A stretch of DNA of 64,000 nt. Origin: Bacillota bacterium (GTDB taxonomy: Bacteria > Bacillota > Negativicutes > Sporomusales > CTSoil-080). The notes under the pieces were generated by a model. The model saw nothing but the letters and a program-made list of their open reading frames with translations. It made no database searches and was not told where the DNA came from. Position numbers and translations under genes: made by a program. The stretch covers positions 238 to 64,237 of the forward strand of contig JAGGAD010000023.1 in the NCBI GenBank assembly GCA_017889625.1. The letters run 5' to 3'. Shown here one piece after another: positions 20,727-31,245 of the stretch. How positions within the stretch are numbered: position 1 is the first letter of the stretch; each line of letters opens with the position of its first letter.

Positions 20727-23700
20727 ATGGCAAAATTTTTTATTGATCGTCCCATTTTTGCGATCGTTTTATCATTGATAATAACGATTGTGGGGTGTGT
20801 AGCTGCTTTTACGCTGCCGATAGCGCAATATCCGCAGATTTCTCCTCCGACGATTTCGGTTAGTACAAGTTATCAAGGTGCCAATGCAGAGGTTGTAAAT
20901 CAATCAGTAGCGCAAGTTCTCGAACAGCAGATTAATGGGGTGGATGGCATGGTATCTATGTCGTCTACAAGTACGGACGCCGGGACTTATTCGCTGAGTG
21001 TTCAGTTTGAGACGGGTAAAGATGCTGATACCGCTGCTGTGCAGACCCAGAACCGAGTATCACAGGCCACGGCGTCGTTGCCAACTGCTGTTCAGAATGT
21101 TGGCGTTACAACGAGTAAGTCTTCTCAGGATATGTCGTTAGTTATTAGCCTATATTCCGAAAATGACGCCTATAATAGTAGCTTTTTAAAGAACTATGGC
21201 AGTATTTACCTTGTGGATGATATAAAGCGGGTTAAGGGTGTTGGGGAAGTATTAGAAGTTGGTTCTGATTATAGTATGAGAATCTGGCTTAATACTGAGA
21301 AAATGGCCCAATTATCCATAACGCCCAGTGAAGTTACTTCTGCTATCGAAAAGCAGAATGAACAAGCTCCGGCTGGCGGGATCGGAAAGATGCCAGCGAA
21401 TGGCGGGCAAGAGTTGGAATATACCGCCAGGGTAAAAGGGCGGCTGGAGGATGTTAATAGTTTTGGCGATATTGTTGTTGTTGCCAAATCAGATGGATCT
21501 TTTGTTCGGCTGAAAGATATTGCCCGGATAGAATTAGGCAACAAGTCTTATGATTATGAGAGTATGGTGGATGGGCATTCCTGCGTGGGTATTGCTGTAA
21601 AGTTGTCCAGTGATGCTAATGCCTTGGAAACTATAGGCAATGTCAGAAAGGTGCTTGATGAAGCAGCCAAAAATTTCCCTGCGGGGATGAAATATAATGT
21701 TGTTATAGATAGTACTAACTTTGTTCGTGAGTCGATGATTGAAGTAGCGAAAACCCTTGGGGAAGCTTTGCTGTTGGTTGTAGTTGTAGTATTTGTGTTT
21801 TTGCAAAGCTGGCGGGCGACGTTAATACCGGTGTTGGCTGTCCCGGTGTCGCTAATCGGTACTTTTGGAGCGTTTAGTGTACTAGGGTTTACTATTAATA
21901 CGCTGACGTTGTTTGCGATGGTGCTTGCCATCGGGCTGGTTGTAGATGATGCCATTGTTGTAATTGAGGCGGTTGAACATCATATGCGCAACTCGGGGTT
22001 GTCTGCCCGGGACGCGACAAAACGAGCTATGAGTGAAGTATCCGGGCCGGTTGTGGCAATTGCGTTTGTATTGGCTTCTGTATTTATTCCGGTTGCTTTT
22101 TTTGGCGGGATGATGGGAGTACTCTACAAGCAGTTTGCCTTGACAATTGCGGTGTCCATGGTTTTGTCGGCGGTGGTTGCTTTATCGTTGACTCCGGCAC
22201 TTTGCACTCTGTTATTAAAGCCTCATGATCCAAAGGCATATAGCGGATTTGTGGGACGGCTTTTTCAGCGGTTTAATACTTGGCTGGAAAAAAAGACGGA
22301 AAGCTATGGAGTCGGTCTGAAAAACCTGATTGCTCAAGCCCGTTTATGTATGATACTTCTGGTGGTGGTAGTCATTATGCTGGGAGGTTTGTACAAATAT
22401 GTTCCAAGTTCGTTTGTACCAGCTGAAGATCAGGGTTATTATGTGACTTCTATTTCTTTGCCAGAGGGAACAAGCCTAAACCGTACCAAGCGAGCGGTGG
22501 ATAATTTCGGTGAGATGGTAAGAAAACAGCCTGGAGTGTCCGATGTTCTGGGCATAGCCGGAATGGATATATTAACCGGAAGTACAAAATCCAGCGGTGC
22601 AACGGTATTTACTTCACTGGCGCCTTGGGAAGAACGGAAAAACCCGGGACTTCAGCTTAATGCGCAAATAGGGCAAACTTTCGTTAATGGTGCTAAGTTT
22701 CCGGAAGGCTCGGTAATTGCTTTTGCTCCGCCGGCATTACCGGGGCTTGGTATGGTAGGCGGGTTTACGCTCGTATTGGAGGATAGAACCGGAGGTTCTT
22801 TAGATAAGCTGGATGCTGTTACGCAAAAGTTTATGGCGGCGGCGAAACAGCGATCGGAAATCGGTTCAATTATGACATCGTTTAAAGCGAGTACACCTGG
22901 ATATGAATATGAAGTAGACAGGGATAAGGTAAATGAATTAGGGGTATCGGTAGACGATGTATTTACGGCTTTGGAGGTTTTCCTTGGCGGGTCGCAGGTC
23001 AATGATTTTAATAAGTTCGGCCGGACCTATAAGGTAACTGTACAGGCTGATCCGGCGTATCGAAGTGATGTATCTGCCATGCGGTATCTTTATGTAAAAA
23101 GTTCCAATAATAATGCGATGATTCCGCTAAATACTTTGATTAAACCAAAAACTTTAGTCGCGCCGACGATGGTTACCCGATATAACGGGGTGAAGGCAGT
23201 TCAATTTAATGGTAATCCAGCCAGTGGATATAGTTCCGGCCAGGCGATGACGGCATTGGAAGAGGTTGCGGCGGAAGTTTTACCAAGCGGCTACACGTAT
23301 GAATGGTCGGGGGAAAGCCGAGAAGAAAAGGTTTCGGGAGGCCGGACGCCGATCGTATTCGGAATGGCATTTTTGTTTGTGTTCTTGTGCTTAGCGGCGC
23401 TTTATGAAAGTTGGAGTGTGCCTTTTGCTGTATTGATGGCGGTTCCACTTGGGTTATTCGGTGCATTTTTGTTCCAATTTGCCCGCAATATGGAAAACAG
23501 TGTATATATGCAAATTGGATTAGTTATGCTGATTGGTTTGGCCGCCAAGAATGCCATTTTAATTGTTGAGTTTGCTAAAGTAAGAGTGGATAACGGCATG
23601 GAGCCGGTAAAAGCAGCAATAGAAGCCGCGAAACTTCGTCTTCGCCCGATTTTGATGACATCGTTAGCGTTTATTCTAGGATGTTTTCCTCTAGCGATAG

Positions 23701-23894
23701 CAACTGGTGCTGGTTCTGGCGCGAGAATTTCTATGGGGACGGCGGTTGTCGGTGGTATGTTTGCGGCAACTTTAATGGGGATATTTTTAATACCAGTATT
23801 TTTTGTGGTAGTAGAGAAAATTACGCTTAAAGTAAATAACTGGCGGAATAAACGAAAAGTTGGTACCGGGTTTACTGAGGATGAGACAAAATAG
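20727..23894 (+). CDS. HAE1 RND efflux permease (AcrB-like)
   Basis: FFIDRPIFA, AIGLVVDDAIVV.E, AKNAILIVEFA, RLRPILMTS. Confidence 0.97.
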   Translation: MAKFFIDRPIFAIVLSLIITIVGCVAAFTLPIAQYPQISPPTISVSTSYQGANAEVVNQSVAQVLEQQINGVDGMVSMSSTSTDAGTYSLSVQFETGKDADTAAVQTQNRVSQATASLPTAVQNVGVTTSKSSQDMSLVISLYSENDAYNSSFLKNYGSIYLVDDIKRVKGVGEVLEVGSDYSMRIWLNTEKMAQLSITPSEVTSAIEKQNEQAPAGGIGKMPANGGQELEYTARVKGRLEDVNSFGDIVVVAKSDGSFVRLKDIARIELGNKSYDYESMVDGHSCVGIAVKLSSDANALETIGNVRKVLDEAAKNFPAGMKYNVVIDSTNFVRESMIEVAKTLGEALLLVVVVVFVFLQSWRATLIPVLAVPVSLIGTFGAFSVLGFTINTLTLFAMVLAIGLVVDDAIVVIEAVEHHMRNSGLSARDATKRAMSEVSGPVVAIAFVLASVFIPVAFFGGMMGVLYKQFALTIAVSMVLSAVVALSLTPALCTLLLKPHDPKAYSGFVGRLFQRFNTWLEKKTESYGVGLKNLIAQARLCMILLVVVVIMLGGLYKYVPSSFVPAEDQGYYVTSISLPEGTSLNRTKRAVDNFGEMVRKQPGVSDVLGIAGMDILTGSTKSSGATVFTSLAPWEERKNPGLQLNAQIGQTFVNGAKFPEGSVIAFAPPALPGLGMVGGFTLVLEDRTGGSLDKLDAVTQKFMAAAKQRSEIGSIMTSFKASTPGYEYEVDRDKVNELGVSVDDVFTALEVFLGGSQVNDFNKFGRTYKVTVQADPAYRSDVSAMRYLYVKSSNNNAMIPLNTLIKPKTLVAPTMVTRYNGVKAVQFNGNPASGYSSGQAMTALEEVAAEVLPSGYTYEWSGESREEKVSGGRTPIVFGMAFLFVFLCLAALYESWSVPFAVLMAVPLGLFGAFLFQFARNMENSVYMQIGLVMLIGLAAKNAILIVEFAKVRVDNGMEPVKAAIEAAKLRLRPILMTSLAFILGCFPLAIATGAGSGARISMGTAVVGGMFAATLMGIFLIPVFFVVVEKITLKVNNWRNKRKVGTGFTEDETK

Positions 23895-24098
23895 AGGAAC
23901 AGTTACTCGGCAAACGATTCCCCAATAATTCACTAATGAGTGGGAGATCAATGAAAAATTGATCTCCCATTAAAAAAATAAAGATGACTGAGAAAATAAA
24001 TATATAGACATCTTGAGATAATTAAAATGGCTATATATTTACTATAATTAGTCATGGTGATGGACTGTTAGTCCCGATTAGAATAAAGGGGCAGTGGA

Positions 24099-25115
24099 AT
24101 GAAAAATTTGTTTGATAAAACTAAACTGGGAAAAATGAAATTGAAAAACCGGATTATTCGGTCGGCGACTTTCGACAATTTAGTCAGCAATGAACTTGTC
24201 GATGAGGCATTTCAATATTATCAGGAATTGGCTCAAGGCGGCGTCGGAACAATTATAACGGGGCTTACTGATGTTCTTAGTGGGGGAATTTACGAGGATT
24301 TTTTTACTTATCAATATAAACAAATTATCAAAATGGTTCACCGATATGATGCAAAAATCATTCTTCAAATTGGTTACGTTGGATCAGCCGGTTTCAAAGA
24401 TAATTTGGTAGTTTGGGGACCAAGCGATATAGAGAATGTCCGGACTAAAGTTAAACCAATAAAAATAACCAGGGAGAATATCCGGCTTATGCAAACAGCC
24501 TTTGCGGATGCCGCTGAGCAGGCAAAAAAGGCTGGCTTTGATGGGGTGGAAATTCAAGGCGGGCAGGGATTTCTCTTAAGTCAGTTCCTTTCACCATACT
24601 ATAATTGCCGAGAAGATGAATATGGCGGTAATATTGAGAAACGTGCAAAATTTGTTTTAGATGTGTACCAGACAGTGAGAAAAAAAGTAGGCGCTTTGTT
24701 TCCGATCATAATGAAGATAAATGTGATAGATTCCTTGGTACCAGGAATGACCTTTGCCGAGTACCGATATGTATGCGAGAAACTAGTGGAACAAGGCATT
24801 GATGCAGTTGAAGTTACTGGGGAGTGGCAGGATTTATCGGCGCGGTCGCTTGGATGCTTCAAAAATTTTGCGGCGAAACTTGCAGCCGAGGTTGATATTC
24901 CTGTTATTCTAGCGGGAGAAGATCGCGATTATGATGAAATGCTAAAGTTTTTAAACACTACGTCAATTGAATATTTTTCTTTGGAACGTCCGTTACTTGC
25001 TGAACCTGATCTTGTAAAACGATGGGAAAACGGTGATACGAGAAGAGCTAAGTGTGTTTATTGCAACGCATGTTTAAATTTTGATGGTGTGTTTTATTGT
25101 ATTTTAAACAACTAA
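24099..25115 (+). CDS. NADH:flavin oxidoreductase (Old Yellow Enzyme family) with altered active site
   Basis: LKNRIIRSAT, AGFDGVEI, LSQFLSP..N.R.D.YGG, C-terminal CxxCxxC; HxxHGY replaced by QGGQGF. Confidence 0.85.
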   Translation: MKNLFDKTKLGKMKLKNRIIRSATFDNLVSNELVDEAFQYYQELAQGGVGTIITGLTDVLSGGIYEDFFTYQYKQIIKMVHRYDAKIILQIGYVGSAGFKDNLVVWGPSDIENVRTKVKPIKITRENIRLMQTAFADAAEQAKKAGFDGVEIQGGQGFLLSQFLSPYYNCREDEYGGNIEKRAKFVLDVYQTVRKKVGALFPIIMKINVIDSLVPGMTFAEYRYVCEKLVEQGIDAVEVTGEWQDLSARSLGCFKNFAAKLAAEVDIPVILAGEDRDYDEMLKFLNTTSIEYFSLERPLLAEPDLVKRWENGDTRRAKCVYCNACLNFDGVFYCILNN

Positions 25116-25180
25116 ATTTTTCTAAGAATTGAAGGCCATATGTGCAACGACTTTGTTGCATGAGAACGGGAAATAGCAAA

Positions 25181-25561
25181 ACTGATTTTTCTTGTGGCTT
25201 TCCTGTTTATTCGAAGAGAAATTATAAAAACACATTTTTATATTGAGTAAGCCGTTCCTTTCAGAACTCAAAGCTTAAAAATTCATACTACGAGGTGTTT
25301 GATATGGTTATAAATTCTGTTTCCACTAATAATGATCCGATTTCTTATATGCAAAATCGGCAAGATTTCCCACATGGTAAGCCGAGCAAAGCGGAAAAAG
25401 ATAGAGTAAATGCTGTGGCTAAAAAAGCTGGAGTAAAAATCACACCAGGAGAAAAACCTAGTGACGCAGACGTACAGAAACTAAAAAAGGCAGGACTTGA
25501 TATAAAAGCGTAGTTTAATATTTCCCTTCAATAAACAGGAAAGCCATGAGAAAAATACAGT
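25181..25561. repeat. About 50-bp imperfect inverted repeats (25181-25231 and 25513-25561) bracketing a small ORF
   Basis: Core TGGCTTTCCTGTTTATT is exactly complementary to AATAAACAGGAAAGCCA, with further matching flanks. Confidence 0.75.
25304..25513 (+). CDS. Small basic hypothetical protein (69 aa)
   Basis: SD GAGGTG before ATG 25304; internal repeat G.KPS.A....KKAG. Confidence 0.65.
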   Translation: MVINSVSTNNDPISYMQNRQDFPHGKPSKAEKDRVNAVAKKAGVKITPGEKPSDADVQKLKKAGLDIKA

Positions 25562-25576
25562 CTAGGGGCGTTTGCA

Positions 25577-26236
25577 TTGAAAAAGAATATTTGTGTGTGT
25601 TTACTCGTATTTATTGGGTCATTCTTATCCAAAATTTATGCTGCTCCTCCTGAAGATAGTTTAGGGCCATGTCGTGTTTCCAAAGTATATCAGGAAGCTG
25701 CGTGGATTAGCATGGACTTGCCAACTGAAAAGCAACAGGAAATTGATCAGATTTTTATTGAAAAGAATATAGAGGTACAAAGAATTATTCATGATCCTGC
25801 TCTATTTGTTATATATCCACTTCCCGGTGGTAATTTTAAAGGTACACAAAATGATGAGTCATTGTATTTGTTTCGAGTCAGTCAGAAGCTGGAGGATATC
25901 AGGAATGATACCCAACATGAAATATTAAAACTTCTTACCAGGGAACAGCAAGTTATATTTAATACTATGATAACGGAAAGAAAGACGAATATAGCTAATT
26001 TTATTGAAGTAATGGGCGGATTAAACCTGGACTCAACACAACAATCTAAAGTTATGCAATTGCTAAGTCAGTGTCAGGAGGAAATATGGCGAATTATTTC
26101 AAATCCGTTTTTTTCATGGGAGGCGAGAAAAAGGAGGATAGATCGAATCACTCTATTTAATCGAGTCATGGAAACATTAAAGCCTGAACAACAAGCAGTG
26201 CTAAATGAGAAAATGAAGGGGATGGAAAAAGAGTGA
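25577..26236 (+). CDS. Exported helical protein with LTxxQ-like (Spy/CpxP-like) motifs
   Basis: Signal peptide; LLTREQQ, LDSTQQ, LKPEQQ motifs. Confidence 0.6.
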   Translation: MKKNICVCLLVFIGSFLSKIYAAPPEDSLGPCRVSKVYQEAAWISMDLPTEKQQEIDQIFIEKNIEVQRIIHDPALFVIYPLPGGNFKGTQNDESLYLFRVSQKLEDIRNDTQHEILKLLTREQQVIFNTMITERKTNIANFIEVMGGLNLDSTQQSKVMQLLSQCQEEIWRIISNPFFSWEARKRRIDRITLFNRVMETLKPEQQAVLNEKMKGMEKE

Positions 26237-26460
26237 AGAGTTTTCTACTAATGTGCTATTAATACTTAAGCGAGTGAATATATTTATTTTGTGTAAATAT
26301 TTAAGTTGGTGTAGAATAGAGAGAAACTTAGAGGCTGATTTATAACAAATATTCACACGAAACTTAACATTATTCGCAAATAGGTAATATTAGGTAATGT
26401 GTAAGTATGCCTTGAAATTACTATATGTTTGTGTTAATATACATAATATAATTTAATTTT

Positions 26461-26504
26461 GGTCAATGAAGACCTTCTGAGCTTTCTGGCGGGAGGTCTC
26501 TTTT
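26461..26504 (+). promoter_or_regulatory. ANTAR-type hairpin overlapping a leader terminator
   Basis: GGTC-AATGAA-GACC (loop A1,G4); its 3' strand starts stem agaccttctg / cgggaggtct + TTTT. Confidence 0.55.
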
Positions 26505-26654
26505 AATACCCGTAGCCGTTTACGGGCTTTGCGTAGCACCACCGATGGGGTTGCATTTGTCCTCCTATAATTAAGAATGATAATGGGTTCGGCAAGTAGC
26601 ATGTTTCATGCTACTTGTAATTATATTAATAAATATACATAAGGGGGATGTTCG

Positions 26655-28223
26655 ATGCAGAAGAAAATCTTAGTATTAGTTTGTGCTATTTTGGCATTGA
26701 TTTCAGTGGCGGGATGTGGAAATTCCGACACAGCGAATTCTGGCAAAAAAGTATTAAGAATGGCGGCACAAGATCCACAAGTTCCCTTGGATCCGCAAAA
26801 ACACACGTATAGTCATTTATTGAAGATTAGTGATCAAATTTTGGAACCATTAATTATTGCCGGGGATGGTGGGCAGCTTAAGCCGTTATTGTTGGCGGAA
26901 ATGCCGCAACTCAAGGATGACAAAAAAACATATAGTTTTACATTAAAGTCAGGGGTTAAGTTCCATAATGGTGAAATTTTAAAATCATCCGATGTTAAGT
27001 ATTCATTTATGCGGTTACTCACCGAAGGAAAAATGGGTAACTTAATTGATATGATACAAGGGGCAGATAAGCTGGAGAAGAAGGAAAGCAATGATCTCGA
27101 GGGTTTCAAAATTATTGATGATACGCATTTTGAAATTACGTTGACAGGTCCATATGTACCATTCTTAGCAGCTATTGCAACGGATTATGTTGTTATTTAT
27201 CCGGAGCAAGCCTGTAAAGCAGCCGGAAATGATTGGGGTATAAAAACATTAATTGGTACCGGACCATTTAAGCTTGAGGCATATAATCAAGGTACAAGTG
27301 TTATTCTTGTAAAAAATGAAAATTATCATGGCGTTGCGCCGAAACTAGATGAAGTTGATTTTAAATTTATCCAAGATCCTAACACGCAAGTAATGGAGTA
27401 TCAAAAAGGAAATGTTGATTTGCTGCAGTTGGATTCAGCGTTGTATCCTACGTTTGCTAACAATGAAGAGCTGAAAAAAGATATGCATAGCTTTAGTCCA
27501 TATGGATTAGTATTTTTGACGATGAATACGCAGAAGATTTCTGATCCGAAGGTAAGAGAAGCGTTGTCTTACGCGATTGACCGGAATGCGATTTGTCAGG
27601 ATTTGCTGTATGGGACGGCAACACCGGCGAAAACATTTATTCCTAAAGGGCTTCTCGGGTATGATGAAGGCGCGGCAGAGTACGCATATAATCCGGAGAA
27701 AGCAAAACAGTTATTGGCTGAAGCGGGTTATCCTGACGGCATTGATTTAGTAGCTCAGGATAATACAAAGTATCCGACATATTCTAAACTGCTGGTTGCT
27801 ATTCAAGAACAAGCAAAAGCTGCGGGAATTCGTATTACAATTAATCAGGTGGATAATGCGGCTTGGGCGGATATGAAACACAGTGGTAAGATGACGATGG
27901 CAGTTTCCAATTGGTACATCGATTATGTAGATCCAGATGGTATGATTTATCAAACAATGTCCGAAAAATTGACGAAACAGAATTCTAATTTTTATGCTGA
28001 TCCTATTTTTAATAATTTGCTTAATACTGCGCGGGCAACGCTGGATTCTAGTCAGAGAGAAGCTATGTATAAACAGGCTGATCAGATTTTGACCAGAAAA
28101 GATTATGCCGCTATTCCGATTTGTAACGAAACGATGTTTTACCTTGCTAAAAGTTATGTGAAAGGCTTTAATGTAGATTCTTCGTATCGTTATTATTTCG
28201 GCACTACAGATATTCAAAAATAA
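26655..28223 (+). CDS. dppA: Peptide ABC transporter substrate-binding lipoprotein (family 5)
   Basis: Lipobox VAGC, LKSGVKFHNG, GTGPF, VREAL.YAIDR, YNPEKAKQLLAEAG. Confidence 0.9.
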   Translation: MQKKILVLVCAILALISVAGCGNSDTANSGKKVLRMAAQDPQVPLDPQKHTYSHLLKISDQILEPLIIAGDGGQLKPLLLAEMPQLKDDKKTYSFTLKSGVKFHNGEILKSSDVKYSFMRLLTEGKMGNLIDMIQGADKLEKKESNDLEGFKIIDDTHFEITLTGPYVPFLAAIATDYVVIYPEQACKAAGNDWGIKTLIGTGPFKLEAYNQGTSVILVKNENYHGVAPKLDEVDFKFIQDPNTQVMEYQKGNVDLLQLDSALYPTFANNEELKKDMHSFSPYGLVFLTMNTQKISDPKVREALSYAIDRNAICQDLLYGTATPAKTFIPKGLLGYDEGAAEYAYNPEKAKQLLAEAGYPDGIDLVAQDNTKYPTYSKLLVAIQEQAKAAGIRITINQVDNAAWADMKHSGKMTMAVSNWYIDYVDPDGMIYQTMSEKLTKQNSNFYADPIFNNLLNTARATLDSSQREAMYKQADQILTRKDYAAIPICNETMFYLAKSYVKGFNVDSSYRYYFGTTDIQK

Positions 28224-28371
28224 ATATTTATCGTATTCCTTTAGTTGCTGCGGCCCATGATCGGCCGCAGCAACTAAAAATTCTACTTAATTTTTATAAT
28301 TAAGACCGATTTTTGGGATGAAAATCGGTCATATTTCTATCTGCTGTTTTAATAAGTAAGGAGGAAATGAG

Positions 28372-29301
28372 TTGTTACTTTATATAGCAAAACGATTGTG
28401 TCAGACTGTTTTTGTTTTAGTTGGTATTACGTTTGCTACTTTTTGTTTAATTAATATTGTACCCGGAGATCCGGTACAAGTTATGCTGGAAAAAAGAGCA
28501 GATCCGGAAATGATACAGCAGGTCCGCCATGAGTTGGGTACGGACAAGCCATTGCCTGAGCAATATATTAATTTTGTTGAAGGCGCGGTTAAATTCGATT
28601 TAGGTAAGTCGTATTTTAGTAAGGAACCGGTTATGAGTATGTTGCTTCGCGGTTTTTTGGTTACGGCAAAGTTAGCGGCGATATCGTTTTTGTTTGCGGT
28701 AACGATTGGGATATCGTGTGGGATGCTTGCGGCGATAAAAAGAGGAAAACCGACCGATTCATTTCTCATGATGATAGCTATATTAGGTATGTCGGCACCT
28801 TCTTTTTGGATTGCTATAATTCTGCAAATTATTTTTGGCTTAAAGCTTAATTTGTTACCGCTTTCCGGGCTAGATCAGCCCTTGTGTTATATTTTACCGA
28901 GTATTGCGCTTGGGACTAGGTATGCGGCATCGATTGCGCGGATTACAAGGACAAGTATGCTCGATGTTATTAAACAGGACTATATTCGAACGGCACGTGC
29001 CAAAGGGGTAAAGGAAAGCATGGTATTTATAAAGCATGCGCTAAAAAATGCCTTGATACCTATTGTTACTCTTTTAGGAACACAGCTTGGTAATATGTTA
29101 GCGGGTTCGATGTTGATTGAAAAAGTATTTTCAATTTCCGGGATTGGCAAATTGGCTGTAGACAGCATGACGAATCGGGATCTTCCGTTGGTGCAGGGAA
29201 CCGTTTTATATATTGCGGTAATTTTTGTAGTGATTAATTTAATTGTTGATTTATCGTATGCACTTATCGATCCTAAAATCCGTTATGGTAAGGGGGCATA
29301 A
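28372..29301 (+). CDS. dppB: Peptide ABC permease
   Basis: PGDP, YIRTARAKG EAA loop, LIVDL.YALIDP.IR. Confidence 0.92.
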   Translation: MLLYIAKRLCQTVFVLVGITFATFCLINIVPGDPVQVMLEKRADPEMIQQVRHELGTDKPLPEQYINFVEGAVKFDLGKSYFSKEPVMSMLLRGFLVTAKLAAISFLFAVTIGISCGMLAAIKRGKPTDSFLMMIAILGMSAPSFWIAIILQIIFGLKLNLLPLSGLDQPLCYILPSIALGTRYAASIARITRTSMLDVIKQDYIRTARAKGVKESMVFIKHALKNALIPIVTLLGTQLGNMLAGSMLIEKVFSISGIGKLAVDSMTNRDLPLVQGTVLYIAVIFVVINLIVDLSYALIDPKIRYGKGA

Positions 29302-29303
29302 AG

Positions 29304-30218
29304 ATGAAGTTTTTTTCTTTTTTCTATAGGAAAAATAAATATATCGAAGATGTAGCTGAACAGGGTATCGAGTATACCAGTTATTATCAAGATAGTTTTC
29401 GCCGACTAAAGAAAAATAATGCGGCGATGATTTGTTTGAGTGTTTTAGCTTTGATGGTGCTAATTGTGATTTTTGCACCGTGGATTAGCCCGCAGGACCC
29501 TAATGCCCAAAGCTTGAAGGATGCATTGAGAGGGCCGTCGGCTCAGTATTTCTTGGGTACTGATGAATATGGAAGAGATATTTTATCCCGGATTATTTAC
29601 GGAACGCGAATTTCATTATCGGTCGGCATAATATCGCAGGTTTTGGCAACGGCAATAGGCGTCACGATGGGGGTTTTGGCTGGATATTACGGTGGTTATA
29701 TTGATTCACTTATTTCCAGGGTGATGGAAATTTTTGCGGCCTTTCCTGAGCTTATTTTTGCTATGGGAATTATGTATGTCTTAGGCCCTGGTGTTTCAAA
29801 TATTTTTATTGCATTGGCGTTACTTTCTTGGGTAAGTACAGCCCGGCTTATTCGCGGTCAGGTGTTGCAGCTAAAGCAGAAAGAGTATGTGGAGGCTTGT
29901 ATTGCCAGCGGCGGGGCATCGTTTCAAATTATAGTGCGGCATCTTGTGCCGAATTGTATTTCGACAATTATAATTATGGTAACTTTGGGAATTCCCGGAG
30001 CGATTATGTCAGAAGCGGCGTTGAGTTTTTTAGGGTTAGGGGTACAACCACCTACGGCAAGCTGGGGCTCGATGATTAGTGCGGCACAGTCTTATATTTC
30101 CCTCATACCTTTATATAGTGTATTGCCAGGCTTGGCAATTATCATCGTAGTAATTTCGTTCAATATCTTTGGGGATGGGTTACGTGATGCGCTAGATCCA
30201 AAGCTTAAAAATCAGTAG
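29304..30218 (+). CDS. dppC: Peptide ABC permease
   Basis: LGTD.YGRDILSRIIYG.R.SL, LSFLGLG, GDGLRDALDP. Confidence 0.92.
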   Translation: MKFFSFFYRKNKYIEDVAEQGIEYTSYYQDSFRRLKKNNAAMICLSVLALMVLIVIFAPWISPQDPNAQSLKDALRGPSAQYFLGTDEYGRDILSRIIYGTRISLSVGIISQVLATAIGVTMGVLAGYYGGYIDSLISRVMEIFAAFPELIFAMGIMYVLGPGVSNIFIALALLSWVSTARLIRGQVLQLKQKEYVEACIASGGASFQIIVRHLVPNCISTIIIMVTLGIPGAIMSEAALSFLGLGVQPPTASWGSMISAAQSYISLIPLYSVLPGLAIIIVVISFNIFGDGLRDALDPKLKNQ

Positions 30219-30258
30219 AGGTTATGGTTGGTGTAACTTCGTGAAATAGGGGGATATC

Positions 30259-31245
30259 ATGATACGCGATAATTTATTGGAAGTTAATCATTTAAAGACA
30301 TATTTTTATACCGATGAGGGTGTAGTAAAGTCGGTGGATGATGTCAGTTTTTCTGTTCAGCCTAGCAGAACTCTTGGCATAGTCGGAGAATCCGGCTGCG
30401 GGAAAAGTATTACTTTATTGTCAATCATGCGTTTAATTGAGAATCCGCCAGGGAAGATCGTTGCCGGGGAGATTCTTTATAACGGCGAAAATTTGCTAAA
30501 AAAAAATAAAGAGGAAATGCGACAAATCCGGGGAAATAATATCGCCATGATTTTCCAGGAGCCAATGACGAGTTTGAATCCGGTCTACACTATTGGTGAA
30601 CAAATTTTGGAGTCTATTTCGATTCATCGACCGGAATTAGATAAAGGAGAAGCACGGGAGCGGGCTCTGGCTATGCTTAAGATGGTTAATATACCTATGC
30701 CGGAAAAGAGATTTAATGAATACCCGCATCAGCTTTCGGGGGGGATGCGGCAGCGGGTTATGATTGCGATCGCATTAAGTTGTGAGCCGGATTTATTATT
30801 GTGTGATGAACCGACTACGGCCTTGGATGTTACTGTACAGGCGCAAATTTTGGAGCTTATCAATGATTTGAAGAAGAAGGCCCGGGCTGCAATTATAATG
30901 GTAACGCATGATTTAGGGGTTATTTCAGAGGTTGCTGATGATGTTATGGTTATGTATGCGGGGAAAGTTGTAGAATTTGCAACGGTGGATCAAATTTTTG
31001 CTCAGCCGATGCATCCGTATACCTGCGGGTTAATTAATTGTATTCCGTCTTTGGATAAAGAGGTGGAGCGGTTAAGTACTATTCCGGGAATGGTGCCTAG
31101 TTTTAATGAAATGCCTAAAGGGTGTGCTTTTGCTCCGCGCTGCAGCCGGGCGACGCAGCGCTGTAAAGAGAATATGCCGGAATTGATAGATATAGGAGAA
31201 AGAAAAGTTCGATGTTTTTTATATGAAGGAAAGGATACTGAATGA
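30259..31245 (+). CDS. dppD: Peptide ABC ATP-binding protein
   Basis: [29 protein letters not shown]-terminal Cys cluster. Confidence 0.93.
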   Translation: MIRDNLLEVNHLKTYFYTDEGVVKSVDDVSFSVQPSRTLGIVGESGCGKSITLLSIMRLIENPPGKIVAGEILYNGENLLKKNKEEMRQIRGNNIAMIFQEPMTSLNPVYTIGEQILESISIHRPELDKGEARERALAMLKMVNIPMPEKRFNEYPHQLSGGMRQRVMIAIALSCEPDLLLCDEPTTALDVTVQAQILELINDLKKKARAAIIMVTHDLGVISEVADDVMVMYAGKVVEFATVDQIFAQPMHPYTCGLINCIPSLDKEVERLSTIPGMVPSFNEMPKGCAFAPRCSRATQRCKENMPELIDIGERKVRCFLYEGKDTE

